NCBI GenBank assembly: GCA_963709385.1
Contig: CAVPWD010000012.1
Location: forward strand, 336,989-400,988
Length of the DNA: 64,000 nt
Source of the DNA: an uncultured Acidobacteriaceae bacterium
Lineage (GTDB): Bacteria; Acidobacteriota; Terriglobia; Terriglobales; Acidobacteriaceae
Direction of reading: 5' to 3'
This document shows, piece after piece, positions 36,481 to 45,863 of the stretch. Each line of letters begins with the position of its first letter. The first letter of the stretch is position 1. The translations under genes were made by a program, and so were the position numbers. The notes beneath the pieces were generated by a model. The model saw only the letters and a program-made list of their open reading frames with translations. It did no database searches and was not told the DNA's origin.

Positions 36481-36984
36481 TTACGGAAGGACTACTTCCT
36501 TCAACCTTCCCGTCTTCACGTCATACACAAATCCCCGCACCGGAATATGTTTCGGGATCCAGGGGTGCGATTTCACGCGCTGCATCTGAAGGCGAACGTT
36601 CGCTTCTAGATCGTCGAAGGCGTGGAAATGCGCGGGCTCGGCCGCGGGCGCTCCCATCTTTTCGGTCAGGCGCGCTTTCAGTTCGTCTTCGCGCACCTTC
36701 AGCAGGCCGCAGTCGGTGTGGTTGATGATGATGAATTCCTGGGTGTCGAGCAGATGATGGGAGACGATGAGGGAGCGCAGGGCGTCGTCGGTGGCGATGC
36801 CGCCGGCGTTGCGAATCATGTGGGCGTCGCCGGGATGCAGGCCGAGACAGTGCTCGAACAGGATGCGGGAATCCATGCAGGCGAGCACGGCGACGTGGCG
36901 GCGCGGGCGGACGGAGAGATCTCCCAGCGTGAAATTGCGGGCGAAGGTTTCGTTGGCTTGTAAGAGTTCGTCGGCTACGGACAA
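36481..36984 (-). CDS. beta-class carbonic anhydrase
   Basis: Zinc ligand motifs CMDSR and HTDCG. TTG start preceded by AGGAG. Confidence 0.85.
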   Translation of the reverse strand: MSVADELLQANETFARNFTLGDLSVRPRRHVAVLACMDSRILFEHCLGLHPGDAHMIRNAGGIATDDALRSLIVSHHLLDTQEFIIINHTDCGLLKVREDELKARLTEKMGAPAAEPAHFHAFDDLEANVRLQMQRVKSHPWIPKHIPVRGFVYDVKTGRLKEVVLP

Positions 36985-37001
36985 GAAGTGCTCCTAGGGA
37001 A

Positions 37002-37147
37002 GTCGTTGGTCGTTCGTCGTTGGCCGTTAGCCAAACACTTTCAGTGTTCGTGAAAATCCCCACGTCTCGCAAAGGACGCTAGACATGGGGCACCCAGCCG
37101 TTGGTTTGCCAACGACCAACGACCGACGACCAACGACCTGTGACCAG
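37002..37147. repeat. composite element: inverted GTCGTTG-type heptamer arrays flanking a REP hairpin
   Basis: GTCGTTG GTCGTTC GTCGTTG GCCGTTA (37003-30), then AACACTTTCAGTGTT, then the AAAATCCCCACGTCTCGCAAAGGACGCTAGACATGGGGCACCC unit (37053-95), then CCAACGA CCAACGA CCGACGA CCAACGA (37109-36). Confidence 0.75.
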
Positions 37148-37161
37148 TTTACAATCGGCGC

Positions 37162-38613
37162 GTGAATCTGGACGACACCATTGTCGCGATTGCCACACCC
37201 ACAGGGCGGGGAGGGATTGGAGTGGTGCGGCTGGCGGGACCTGCGGCGCGAGAGATCGTTGCGCCTATGCTGCGGCTGCGGCATGAACTGGAGGCGGGGC
37301 GGGCGGTGTTGGGGGAGTTGGTTGAGCCGGAGGTTTCCGCTTCAGTGCAAGAAGTCAAAATCCCCACCCCTTCGGCAAGCTCAGGGCAGGCTCTCTTTCG
37401 CGAAGAACGCGAAAGAAGGATGGGGCACCCGCAGCATCGGATCGACGAGGTGGTCGTCACTTATTTTTCCAAGCCACATTCTTATACGACCGACGACATT
37501 GTCGAAATTTCGGCGCATGGGGCGCCGGTGGTGTTGCGGCATATTGTGGAGCTTTGCGTGGCGGCGGGGGCGCGGCTGGCGGAGCCGGGCGAGTTCACCA
37601 TGCGTGCGTTTCTGAACGGGCGCATCGATCTTACGCAGGCGGAGGCGGTGCGCGATCTGATCGATTCGCAGACGTTGTATCAGGCGAAAGTCGCGGCGCA
37701 GCAACTGGAAGGCGCGCTGTCGCGGCGGTTGCAGCCGATCAAGAAAACGCTGGTGGAGCTGATTGCGGTGCTCGAAGCCGGGATTGATTTTGCCGAAGAC
37801 GACGTGTTGGTGATGGCGGACGCCGCGATTCTTGATCACATTGCTTCCGTTCGTAAACCCCTAGAGCAGCTGAACGCCACATTTGCTTACGGCAAGATCG
37901 TGCATGAAGGCTTGACTCTGGCAATTGTGGGGCGGCCGAACGTTGGGAAGTCGAGCCTGTTTAACCGGTTGGTGGAGCGGGAACGGGTGATCGTCACCGC
38001 GACTCCGGGGACCACGCGCGATTTGGTGAGCGAGACGGTCGCGATTGGCGGGATCCCGGTCAAGCTGATCGACACAGCCGGCATTCGCGAGGCGCTCGAT
38101 GAGGCGGAGTCGATCGGGATTCGCAAATCAAAGGAGGCGCTGGCCGACGCAGACCTGGTGTTGGTCGTGCTCGACGCATCGCAACCGGAGACGGCGGACG
38201 ATGCGGAACTGCAGCGGCTGGCTGAGGGCCGGCCGGCGATTGTCGTGGGAAACAAGTGCGACTTGGGAAGCAGTGGACAGTGGACAGGGGCCAGTGGTCA
38301 GAAGGTTCTTACTTCAGCGATCACTGGCGCGGGCATGGCCGAACTTCGCGAAGCCATTCTGCGACACATTGGTGGTGAGGCGGGAGCGCCGGCGGAGTCT
38401 GGTTTTCTGACCAGCGTTCGCCATCAGGGATTGATCAACGATTCGATGGCTGCGCTGGATGCGGCAAAGGTTGCGGTGACGGGGAAGATTCCGCACGAGA
38501 TGCTGCTGCTCGATCTTTACAACGCGCTGCGGCCGCTGGATGCGATCACGGGGGCGACTACCACAGACGATATTCTGAATTTGATTTTCAGCACGTTCTG
38601 CATCGGGAAATAG
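37162..38613 (+). CDS. mnmE: tRNA modification GTPase MnmE
   Basis: N-terminal [20 protein letters not shown] domain [18 protein letters not shown] and NKCD. C-terminal CIGK. Confidence 0.95.
   Translation: MNLDDTIVAIATPTGRGGIGVVRLAGPAAREIVAPMLRLRHELEAGRAVLGELVEPEVSASVQEVKIPTPSASSGQALFREERERRMGHPQHRIDEVVVTYFSKPHSYTTDDIVEISAHGAPVVLRHIVELCVAAGARLAEPGEFTMRAFLNGRIDLTQAEAVRDLIDSQTLYQAKVAAQQLEGALSRRLQPIKKTLVELIAVLEAGIDFAEDDVLVMADAAILDHIASVRKPLEQLNATFAYGKIVHEGLTLAIVGRPNVGKSSLFNRLVERERVIVTATPGTTRDLVSETVAIGGIPVKLIDTAGIREALDEAESIGIRKSKEALADADLVLVVLDASQPETADDAELQRLAEGRPAIVVGNKCDLGSSGQWTGASGQKVLTSAITGAGMAELREAILRHIGGEAGAPAESGFLTSVRHQGLINDSMAALDAAKVAVTGKIPHEMLLLDLYNALRPLDAITGATTTDDILNLIFSTFCIGK
37357..37430 (+). 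repeat. REP-like hairpin element embedded in frame in mnmE
   Basis: AAAATCCCCACC...CTTTCGCG-AAGAA-CGCGAAAG...GGATGGGGCACCC has the same termini as the intergenic units at 37053-95 and 42334-76. It encodes [25 protein letters not shown]. Confidence 0.65.
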
Positions 38614-38628
38614 CGCGTTCCCGATGTG

Positions 38629-39216
38629 CTAGAAACGGCCGCCGCGAAGATAGAGGATGATCAGTCCGGCGACGGTCAGCACGAGAAATCCGAACGAAAA
38701 GATGTAGTAGACAATCTTCACCTTGGGCCAGATAAACGCGGGCCAGAGGTCGGAGAACTTGTCGGCGAAGGTATCGCCCATGCGCGGCGGTAAGACGGCC
38801 TCTTCGGAGTCAGGCTTCCAGCTGCCCGCGATCCATGTAGCGCGCAGGTTCGAGAGCAGCAGAGCGACGATGATGATCCGGAGAACTCCAATGCCCGGCG
38901 AGTTCACGAACAGGAAAACAATCGACGCCAGAAAATCGACAATGTAATAGACCAGGATGATGGCCGCCGCGAAGGGATTGTGTTCGCGCACACCCACGCC
39001 TCCGAGATGAAATAAAAGGAAGACGAGTAAGCCGGTGATCGGCTGGTGAGCGAGCGCAAGGAACCCGAGCGACATCACCCCCACAAACGTGCACACCCAG
39101 AAGCCCTGCACCGCCAGGTAGTCGACGTCCGCGCCGCTCTGGATCGAGGGCCAGAACAGGCTCTTGATGCGGCTCTCGCTGCGCGTGGTCGAATCGGAGA
39201 GGCCAAGGGTTTGCAT
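38629..39216 (-). CDS. membrane protein of unknown function
   Basis: 195-aa ORF with 5-6 TM helices. No family recognised. Confidence 0.5.
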   Translation of the reverse strand: MQTLGLSDSTTRSESRIKSLFWPSIQSGADVDYLAVQGFWVCTFVGVMSLGFLALAHQPITGLLVFLLFHLGGVGVREHNPFAAAIILVYYIVDFLASIVFLFVNSPGIGVLRIIIVALLLSNLRATWIAGSWKPDSEEAVLPPRMGDTFADKFSDLWPAFIWPKVKIVYYIFSFGFLVLTVAGLIILYLRGGRF

Positions 39217-39266
39217 GGCTGGGGATTAAATCCCAAGCCGGTTACTTTGTCCACCAGAAAATCTTG

Positions 39267-39854
39267 CTATTTTGAGAGCTGGCCCAGGACTTTCCGGAAC
39301 ATCTGATCGAAGGATCTTGCGCTTCCATCTTTCGCAGCGGAGGCCAAAGCCTTTTCCGCCGCGGCCCGTTGATAGCCGAGATTCAGCAGAGCAGAGAGCA
39401 CGTCCTCCTCCGTGGCGTTCAAGGACGGCACTGCCGGGGCGGGCGTTCCCACCTCAGGCAGCTTGTCGCGCAGCTCCAGGACCATGCGCTCAGCGGTCTT
39501 GCGGCCGATGCCGGGGATGCGGGTGAGGCGGGCTATGTCGTTGCCGCGAATGGCTCCCACCATTTCGTCGGCGGCCATGCCGCTGAGAATGGTGATGGCG
39601 AGCTTGGGGCCGATGCCGCTCACCGTGATCAGCCTTTCGAATAGGAGTTTCTCCGCGGGACGTAGAAATCCGTAGAGCGCGATCAGGTCTTCGCGGACGT
39701 GGGTGTGGATGTGCAGAGCGACCTCGGCGCCGACCGTGGGCAAGTCGGAAAACGTGGGCACGCTGATGGTCACGTCGTAGCCGACTCCGGCCGTCTCGAC
39801 GATGGCCTGGTTGGGATGCTTGGCCAGCAGCTTTCCGCGCAGATGAGCAATCAT
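39267..39854 (-). CDS. ruvA: Holliday junction branch migration protein RuvA
   Basis: MIAHLRGKL...GVGYDV...VSGIGPKLAITILS...IPGIGRKTAERMVLELRDK. Confidence 0.95.
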   Translation of the reverse strand: MIAHLRGKLLAKHPNQAIVETAGVGYDVTISVPTFSDLPTVGAEVALHIHTHVREDLIALYGFLRPAEKLLFERLITVSGIGPKLAITILSGMAADEMVGAIRGNDIARLTRIPGIGRKTAERMVLELRDKLPEVGTPAPAVPSLNATEEDVLSALLNLGYQRAAAEKALASAAKDGSARSFDQMFRKVLGQLSK

Positions 39855-39872
39855 TGGAGAACATTGTACGGG

Positions 39873-39907
39873 AGCTATCAGCTATCAGCTATCAGCTGTC
39901 AGCTATA
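39873..39907. repeat. heptamer tandem repeat (AGCTATC)x3 + AGCTGTC + AGCTATA
   Basis: Read directly from the sequence, 19 nt upstream of the ruvA start in the divergent intergenic region. Confidence 0.85.
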
Positions 39908-40003
39908 AACTGTGAGCAAATGAGTCCACGAAAAACCCGGAAATCAGCTCGGCTAGAAGGTCGCGATGGACAGCGTTTCCGGGCACTCTTAGAATCTCTT
40001 CGC

Positions 40004-40555
40004 ATGGTCTTACGGCGAGCTGCGATGTTTGCGTGGATGGTGCTTGTTGGCCTGACCGCGGCGTTCGCACAGACTGGCGCTGATCACGACGGGAACGCGG
40101 CCAGGCTGCTTTCGCCGGGTAAAGTTGTCGTGATGGTGTTTCTGCGACGGGACTGCCCGGTTTCGAGCCGCTATGCGCCGGTGATTCAGCAGATCAGCAA
40201 GACGTACTCCAGTCGCGCGAAATTCTTTCTAATATTTCCGGACAAAGCGGATTCTGCGGCGGACATTCAAAAATATCTGACAGATTACCGGTATTCCCTG
40301 CCCGCGTTTCCCGACCCCCGCCACATGCTGGCGAAACTGGGACACGTGCAGATCACTCCGGAAGTGGCGGTCTTCAGCGACCGTCAGCTGGTCTACGATG
40401 GGCGCATTGACGACTGGTATATCGAGTTGGGCAAGGCGCGTTCCGCGCCTACGACCCATGAGTTGAAAGACGCGCTGGACGCGGCGTTGGCCGGAAAAAC
40501 CCCGGCTCGCGCCGAGGTCAGGGGAGTGGGATGCTACATTTCCGACATGGAATGA
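40004..40555 (+). CDS. secreted thioredoxin-fold (redoxin-like) protein
   Basis: ORF 39854..40555. ATG at 40004 gives a signal peptide. Redoxin-like core with CPVS in place of CxxC. Confidence 0.6.
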   Translation: MVLRRAAMFAWMVLVGLTAAFAQTGADHDGNAARLLSPGKVVVMVFLRRDCPVSSRYAPVIQQISKTYSSRAKFFLIFPDKADSAADIQKYLTDYRYSLPAFPDPRHMLAKLGHVQITPEVAVFSDRQLVYDGRIDDWYIELGKARSAPTTHELKDALDAALAGKTPARAEVRGVGCYISDME

Positions 40556-42327
40556 CGCGCATCCTCGGGCTCGTGGTCGGAACGGCGGCGCTCGCTGCGC
40601 AGAATTCCAAGCCCGTCACCTTCAATCGCGATATTGCCCCGATCATTTTTCGTTCCTGCTCGACGTGTCACCGGCCGGGTGAGGCTGCGCCGTTTTCTCT
40701 TCTGACGTATTCCGACGTGAAAAAGCACGCGCGGCAGATTGCGGAAGTGACGCGGTCGCGGGCTATGCCGCCGTGGCTCCCCGAGCCGCAGGCCCTGAAG
40801 TTTGCCGACGAACTGCGCCTGCCAGAAGCCGAAATCGAGCGAATCGAGCGCTGGGTCGAGCAGGGAGCGGTCGAGGGCGACGCCGGCGATCTGCCCGCGC
40901 AGCCGAAATTTGTGGAAGGCTGGCGCCTCGGGAAACCGGACATGGTGCTCACGGCGACTAAGCCGCTTACGCTTCCGCCGCAGGGCACGGACACCTATTG
41001 GAACTTTATTTTCCCTGTGCCGATTCAAGAAACCCGCTGGGTGAAGGCCGTCGAGATTCGTCCGGGCGATAAGCGCTACGTGCACCACGCCAACATTCTG
41101 GTCGATCGCTCCGGCGCATCGCGCAAGCGCGAAGCCGAGCCGGGCGCTGGTTTCGGTGGCATGGAGATTCGCATCGAATCGCAGGTGTTCGATCCCGATA
41201 GCCATCTTCTCTTCTGGAAGCCGGGGACAGTTCCTTACGTTGAGCCGGAAGGAATGGCGCTAAGGCTCGATAAAGGAACTGATTTGATTCTTAACACGCA
41301 CCTGCAGCCATCGGGGAAGCCGGAGGTGATCCAGCCGAGCATTGGACTCTACTTCACGCCGCAGGCCGCGACGAAACTCCCCATGCTCCTGCAGCTCGAA
41401 AATGATTTGAAGCTCGATATTCCGGCCGGGGATGGGGATTTTCTAGTCACCGATGACTTCGCGCTGCCGGTTGATGTAGATCTGATCGCGATCTATCCGC
41501 ATGCACATTATCTGGGGAAGGATATTCAGGCGTTCGCGACATTTCCTGACGGCACGAAGACAACGCTGATTCACATTCCGCAATGGAATCTGAACTGGCA
41601 GGCGGTGTATCGCTATGCGGAGCCGGTGCGGCTGCCGAAGGGGACGACAGTGAGTTTGCGCTACACCTACGACAACTCGGCGGAGAATCCGCTGAACCCG
41701 AATCATCCTCCGGTGCGGGTGGTGGCCGGGAACCGGTCGAGCGACGAGATGTGCCACCTGTGGCTGCAGGTGCTGCCAGTGAATTTCGACCCCGCGGACG
41801 GCGATCCGCGGATGGCGCTGCAGGAAGCGTTGGCGCGGCGTGATGTGGAGAAAAATCCTGCCGACTTTGAAGCGCATTACAACCTGGCCGCGATGCTGCA
41901 GGCGAAAGACAAGCTGGAGGCGGCGATCGGCGAATACGAATCGGCAGTGCATTTGCGGCCAGCGGATGCGGCCGCGAACAATGCTCTTGGAGCGGCGCTG
42001 GTGGCGGCGGGGCGTCCCGAGCAAGGAGTCGGATATTTGCAGACCGCGTTGAAGGCGCGGCCGGACTATTTCGAGGCTCACTACAATCTTGGCCTGGTGC
42101 TGGCCGGCCAGAGCCAATTCCAAGAAGCCGCTCAACAATTTACATTCGCGTTGCAATTGCAGCCGCAGGATGCCAACGTGGAGGCCAACCTGGGAGCTGC
42201 GCTGGCGGAGATGGGAAGATTTGCGGAAGCGAAGGCGCACTTCGAGCATGCGTTGCAGCTCGATCCTGAGCAGCCCATTGCGAAAGAGAATCTGGAAATG
42301 GTGAAGAAGGAAATGGGGGCGCACTAG
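40552..42327 (+). CDS. protein with CxxCH heme-binding motif, copper type II monooxygenase-like domain and C-terminal TPRs
   Basis: ATGA overlap with the upstream gene. CSTCH motif in a planctomycete-cytochrome-like segment. His-rich beta-sandwich segment (YVHHANILV, IYPHAHYLG). The TPRs start around residue 440. Confidence 0.65.
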   Translation: MTRILGLVVGTAALAAQNSKPVTFNRDIAPIIFRSCSTCHRPGEAAPFSLLTYSDVKKHARQIAEVTRSRAMPPWLPEPQALKFADELRLPEAEIERIERWVEQGAVEGDAGDLPAQPKFVEGWRLGKPDMVLTATKPLTLPPQGTDTYWNFIFPVPIQETRWVKAVEIRPGDKRYVHHANILVDRSGASRKREAEPGAGFGGMEIRIESQVFDPDSHLLFWKPGTVPYVEPEGMALRLDKGTDLILNTHLQPSGKPEVIQPSIGLYFTPQAATKLPMLLQLENDLKLDIPAGDGDFLVTDDFALPVDVDLIAIYPHAHYLGKDIQAFATFPDGTKTTLIHIPQWNLNWQAVYRYAEPVRLPKGTTVSLRYTYDNSAENPLNPNHPPVRVVAGNRSSDEMCHLWLQVLPVNFDPADGDPRMALQEALARRDVEKNPADFEAHYNLAAMLQAKDKLEAAIGEYESAVHLRPADAAANNALGAALVAAGRPEQGVGYLQTALKARPDYFEAHYNLGLVLAGQSQFQEAAQQFTFALQLQPQDANVEANLGAALAEMGRFAEAKAHFEHALQLDPEQPIAKENLEMVKKEMGAH

Positions 42328-42333
42328 AAGATC

Positions 42334-42376
42334 AAAATCCCCACGTCTCGCAAAGGACGCGAGACATGGGGCACCC
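42334..42376 (+). repeat. REP-like hairpin unit (AAAATCCCCACGTCTCGC-AAAGGAC-GCGAGACATGGGGCACCC)
   Basis: Differs at one position from the copy at 37053-37095. It sits 7 nt after the stop of the upstream gene. Confidence 0.7.
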
Positions 42377-42429
42377 GTAGTGCTGTGAGACTCCAAGACC
42401 CGCTCGGTTTTTATGCTTTAATCCACGGT

Positions 42430-43488
42430 ATGCGCGGAATTTACTTACATTTTCGTTTTCGATGCTTGGGCATTGCGTTGCTCGTGGCGGCATTTTCTGT
42501 GGTGGGGATTGCGCAGCAGGGTGCGCCTGCCGCACCGCCGTCGCAAGCGGTGCCGCCGGCGGAGTTTGCCGAAGCGCGGAAGTTGATGCAGCAGGGAAAG
42601 GCCGACGAGGCCATCGCGGAGTTGCAGAAACTTGAAGCCAAAGATCCCGCCACCAAGGGTCTCGCACTGGAACTGGGCACGGCGTATTACAAGAAGGCCG
42701 ACTTCGTAAAGGCGATCCAGTATCTGAAGCAGGCAACCGCCGCGGATCCCGCGAATGGCGAGGCGACTCAATTGCTCGGTCTCTCGTATTACCGGGGCGG
42801 TCATCCGGCGGATGCCATTCCCTTGCTGGAGAAAGTGCAAGGGTGGTATCCGCGGGTCAACGCGGATGCCTCGTACGTGCTGGGCGTTTGCTATATCCAG
42901 ACCAAAGACTACGAGCGGGCGCGCAAGGCATTTGGCCAGATGTTCGACGTGCCGCCGGACTCGGCCGCGAGTTACCTGTTCACGGCGCGCATGCTGTTCC
43001 GCCAGGACTTCGATCCGGTGTCGGAAGAGTACGCGCAGAAAGCAGTCGCGCTCGATCCGAAACTGCCGCTGGCACATTTCCTGCTGGGCGAGTTGTACAC
43101 CTACAAATCGCGGATCCCGGAGGCGATTTCGGAGTTCGAGAAAGAACTCGCCATCAACCCGGCGGACGCTGCGACCTACTACAAACTGGCTGACGCGTAT
43201 TCGAGAATTCAAAAATACGAAGAGGCGCAGCGCTTGCTGCAGCGTTCCATCTGGCTGGATGCGACGTCGACGGGGCCGTTCATCCTGATGGGCAAGGTGC
43301 TGGAGAAAAAAGGTGAACTCGATCTGGCGGTGCTCGCGCTGCGGCGCGCGGTGAGCATGGACCCGAATAATCCCATGCCGCATCACTTATTGGGGCAGGC
43401 GTATCGCGACATGGGGAAGAAGGAAGAAGCGGAGAGCGAACTGAAGCTGGCCGAGGAGTTGCAGACGCAGCAGGACGCGCATCCCTAG
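42430..43488 (+). CDS. TPR repeat protein (secreted)
   Basis: ORF 42385..43488. ATG at 42430 gives a signal-like N-terminus. TPRs run throughout. Confidence 0.7.
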   Translation: MRGIYLHFRFRCLGIALLVAAFSVVGIAQQGAPAAPPSQAVPPAEFAEARKLMQQGKADEAIAELQKLEAKDPATKGLALELGTAYYKKADFVKAIQYLKQATAADPANGEATQLLGLSYYRGGHPADAIPLLEKVQGWYPRVNADASYVLGVCYIQTKDYERARKAFGQMFDVPPDSAASYLFTARMLFRQDFDPVSEEYAQKAVALDPKLPLAHFLLGELYTYKSRIPEAISEFEKELAINPADAATYYKLADAYSRIQKYEEAQRLLQRSIWLDATSTGPFILMGKVLEKKGELDLAVLALRRAVSMDPNNPMPHHLLGQAYRDMGKKEEAESELKLAEELQTQQDAHP

Positions 43489-43494
43489 CTTTTC

Positions 43495-43615
43495 TCCGCG
43501 ATCTTCGCGGATTTCCTTCGCGACCTCTGCGGGTAAGAGCTTTTCGCTAGCCTGCGGAAAAAGCGTTTAACCGCAGAGGCCGCGAAGAAAGGCCGCAGAG
43601 GTCGCAGAGAGGGGC
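43495..43615. repeat. REP-like mosaic (CCGCAGAGG/CGCGAAG units) between convergent genes
   Basis: Long imperfect hairpin: CCTTCGCGACCTCTGCGG (43515-32) pairs with CCGCAGAGGCCGCGAAGA (43571-88), plus a direct repeat GGCCGCAGAGGTCGCAGAG. Related CTTCGTG units occur at 27416-27447. Confidence 0.55.
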
Positions 43616-43620
43616 AACGG

Positions 43621-45675
43621 CTAGAGTGCGGCGGCTTGCTCGCGCCGGCGAGCCTGAATTTCGACATAGACGTTCACCAACGACACCGCTGCCGGGGTCA
43701 CTCCTGGGATGCGCGAGGCCTGGCCCAGCGTGCGCGGTTGCACTTTGCTGAGCTTTTCCTGCATTTCGCGCGAGAGGCCGCTGACGGAGCGGTAGTCGAA
43801 CCATTCGGGGATGGCATGCTGCTCGGACTTTTTCAGGCGCTCCATGGCGCGCTGCTGCTGCAGCAGGTAGCCTGCGTACTTGATCTCGGTTTCGACGGAT
43901 TTCAGTTCGTTTCTTACTTCCGACGAGATCTTCACCACAGGGGAGAACCTTGCGAAGAAATCCGGGGTGAGCTCTCGCAGGACCGGCAGCAGTCGCTCGA
44001 TTGCGATTTCCGGGCGCTTTAGCAACTGACCCAGCGTTTGTCCGAGGGCAGACGACAGGTCGGCAGTTGGGGCGCCGCCGGCGACAGCAGGTTCCTCACC
44101 CTCGCTTCGCGAGAGTTCGGAATGACAAGACGCCAATATTTCGGCGGTGATCCGAGTGGTCTCCAACAACTTCTTCAGCTTCTCCAGCCGCTGCTGCTTC
44201 GCCTGAAAATCTTCCCAGGCTTCATCATGAATGAGCCCGACGCGGCGGCCGTGGGGAGTGAGGCGGCGGTCGGCGTTGTCGATGCGGAGGTGCAGACGGA
44301 ACTCGGCGCGCGACGTGAACATGCGGTAAGGCTCGTTCGTGCCCTTCGAAATCAGGTCGTCGATCAGGATCGCGGTGTATGCTTCGGTTCGGTCGAGAAT
44401 CAGCGGCGGTTGTTGCTTTACTTGCTGCGCGGCGTTGATGCCGGCCATCAATCCCTGGCACGCGGCTTCTTCGTAGCCGGACGTCCCGTTGATCTGGCCC
44501 GCGAGGAACAGGTTCGCGATCTTGCGGGTTTCGAGCGTGCGCTCCAGTTCCGTTGGATCGATCGAGTCGTATTCGATGGCGTAGCCCGGCCGCAGCATTT
44601 CGGCGTTCTCAAGCCCGGGGATCGACTTCAGAATCGCCATCTGCACTTCGACCGGGAGGGAGGTGCTCATACCGTTAACGTAAATCTCGTGCGTGTTCAG
44701 GCCTTCGGGCTCGAGGAAAAGCTGGTGCGTCTCCTTGTCGGGAAATTTCACGATCTTGTCTTCGATCGAGGGACAGTAGCGCGGGCCGATCGACTGAATC
44801 TGGCCGCTGTACATGGGCGAGCGATGCACGTTCTCGCGAATGATGCGGTGTGTCTCGGCCGTGGTGTAGGCGATGTAGCAGGGCACTTGTGAGTCGTGAT
44901 GCGCGACGCGCTTCGTTCGAAAACTGAACGGAGTGGGATCGGCGTCGCCCGGCTGCTCCGCGAAGCGCGACCAGTCGATGCTGCGTCCATCCAAGCGCGG
45001 CGGAGTGCCGGTCTTGAGCCGGCAGCCGCGCAGGCCCAACTTTTTCAGCGCTTCGCCGAGCAGGACGGCGGCGGGTTCGCCGGAACGTCCGGCAGGATAT
45101 TGTTGCTCGCCGCAGTGGATGAGGCCGTTCAGGAACGTTCCGGTCGTGATGATGACGGCTTGCGCGCCCACGGTGCGGCCGTCGCGAAGGCGAATGCCGA
45201 GAACCCGGCGTCGGTCGTTGGTCGTTAGTCGTTGGTCGTTAGCAAAAGCGTCGCCATCCTGCGGGTCGGCCAACGACGAACGACCAACGACTAACGACTC
45301 GACTTCCGCCTGCTTGATCTTCAGATTCGGCTGCGACTCCAGCACTTCGCGCATTTTCAGGCGGTAGGCCTGCTTGTCGCATTGGGCGCGCGGCGACCAG
45401 ACGGCGGGGCCGCGCGACGTATTGAGCAGACGAAACTGGATGCCGACCGCGTCGGTGATTTCGCCCATGATGCCGCCGAGGGCGTCTACTTCGCGGACCA
45501 GGTGTCCTTTGGCAATGCCGCCGACGGCGGGGTTGCACGACATCTGCGCAATCAGATCGACGTTGAGCGTGTAGAGCGCGGTCTTCAGGCCCATGCGCGC
45601 GGCGGCCATGGAAGCTTCGCATCCAGCATGGCCGGCGCCGACCACGACTACGTCGAATTGTTCGGTGAATTGCAT
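43621..45675 (-). CDS. mnmG: tRNA uridine 5-carboxymethylaminomethyl modification enzyme MnmG (GidA)
   Basis: [18 protein letters not shown] motif, then [24 protein letters not shown] and the C-terminal [13 protein letters not shown]. Confidence 0.95.
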   Translation of the reverse strand: MQFTEQFDVVVVGAGHAGCEASMAAARMGLKTALYTLNVDLIAQMSCNPAVGGIAKGHLVREVDALGGIMGEITDAVGIQFRLLNTSRGPAVWSPRAQCDKQAYRLKMREVLESQPNLKIKQAEVESLVVGRSSLADPQDGDAFANDQRLTTNDRRRVLGIRLRDGRTVGAQAVIITTGTFLNGLIHCGEQQYPAGRSGEPAAVLLGEALKKLGLRGCRLKTGTPPRLDGRSIDWSRFAEQPGDADPTPFSFRTKRVAHHDSQVPCYIAYTTAETHRIIRENVHRSPMYSGQIQSIGPRYCPSIEDKIVKFPDKETHQLFLEPEGLNTHEIYVNGMSTSLPVEVQMAILKSIPGLENAEMLRPGYAIEYDSIDPTELERTLETRKIANLFLAGQINGTSGYEEAACQGLMAGINAAQQVKQQPPLILDRTEAYTAILIDDLISKGTNEPYRMFTSRAEFRLHLRIDNADRRLTPHGRRVGLIHDEAWEDFQAKQQRLEKLKKLLETTRITAEILASCHSELSRSEGEEPAVAGGAPTADLSSALGQTLGQLLKRPEIAIERLLPVLRELTPDFFARFSPVVKISSEVRNELKSVETEIKYAGYLLQQQRAMERLKKSEQHAIPEWFDYRSVSGLSREMQEKLSKVQPRTLGQASRIPGVTPAAVSLVNVYVEIQARRREQAAAL
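44091..44135 (-). repeat. REP-like element (GTCATTCCGAAC family) embedded in frame in mnmG
   Basis: The coding strand reads TGGCGTCTTGTCATTCCGAACTCTCGCGAAGCGAGGGTGAGGAAC and encodes [14 protein letters not shown]. It matches the intergenic copies at 56559-97 and 7773-7804. Confidence 0.6.
45213..45298. repeat. inverted GGTCGTT / CCAACGA heptamer arrays embedded in frame in mnmG
   Basis: GGTCGTT GGTCGTT AGTCGTT GGTCGTT, then a 27-nt loop, then CCAACGA CGAACGA CCAACGA CTAACGA. Confidence 0.8.
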
Positions 45676-45863
45676 TGAGCTGTGGAGCAGACCTTATCGG
45701 AATGAACCCGATCGGCTTGAAACCGGCGAATCCGGGAAATCCGGCCGATTTGTTTCTTCTTTCATTCTAGCAACTTGGGGCGAAACGTGATCCCCATCAC
45801 GGGCCGAACGGCCCTTCTGGCCTTATATTGGTCTGTCCTAATCGGAAAATCCCAGGGGGCTTC

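Noticed and set aside
37162-45675. Proximity of mnmE and mnmG suggested a replication-origin region.
   Set aside because: There is no dnaA, dnaN, parAB, rnpA or yidC in the window. I saw no cluster of TTATCCACA-type DnaA boxes and no AT-rich unwinding element. The two genes are on opposite strands and separated by unrelated genes.
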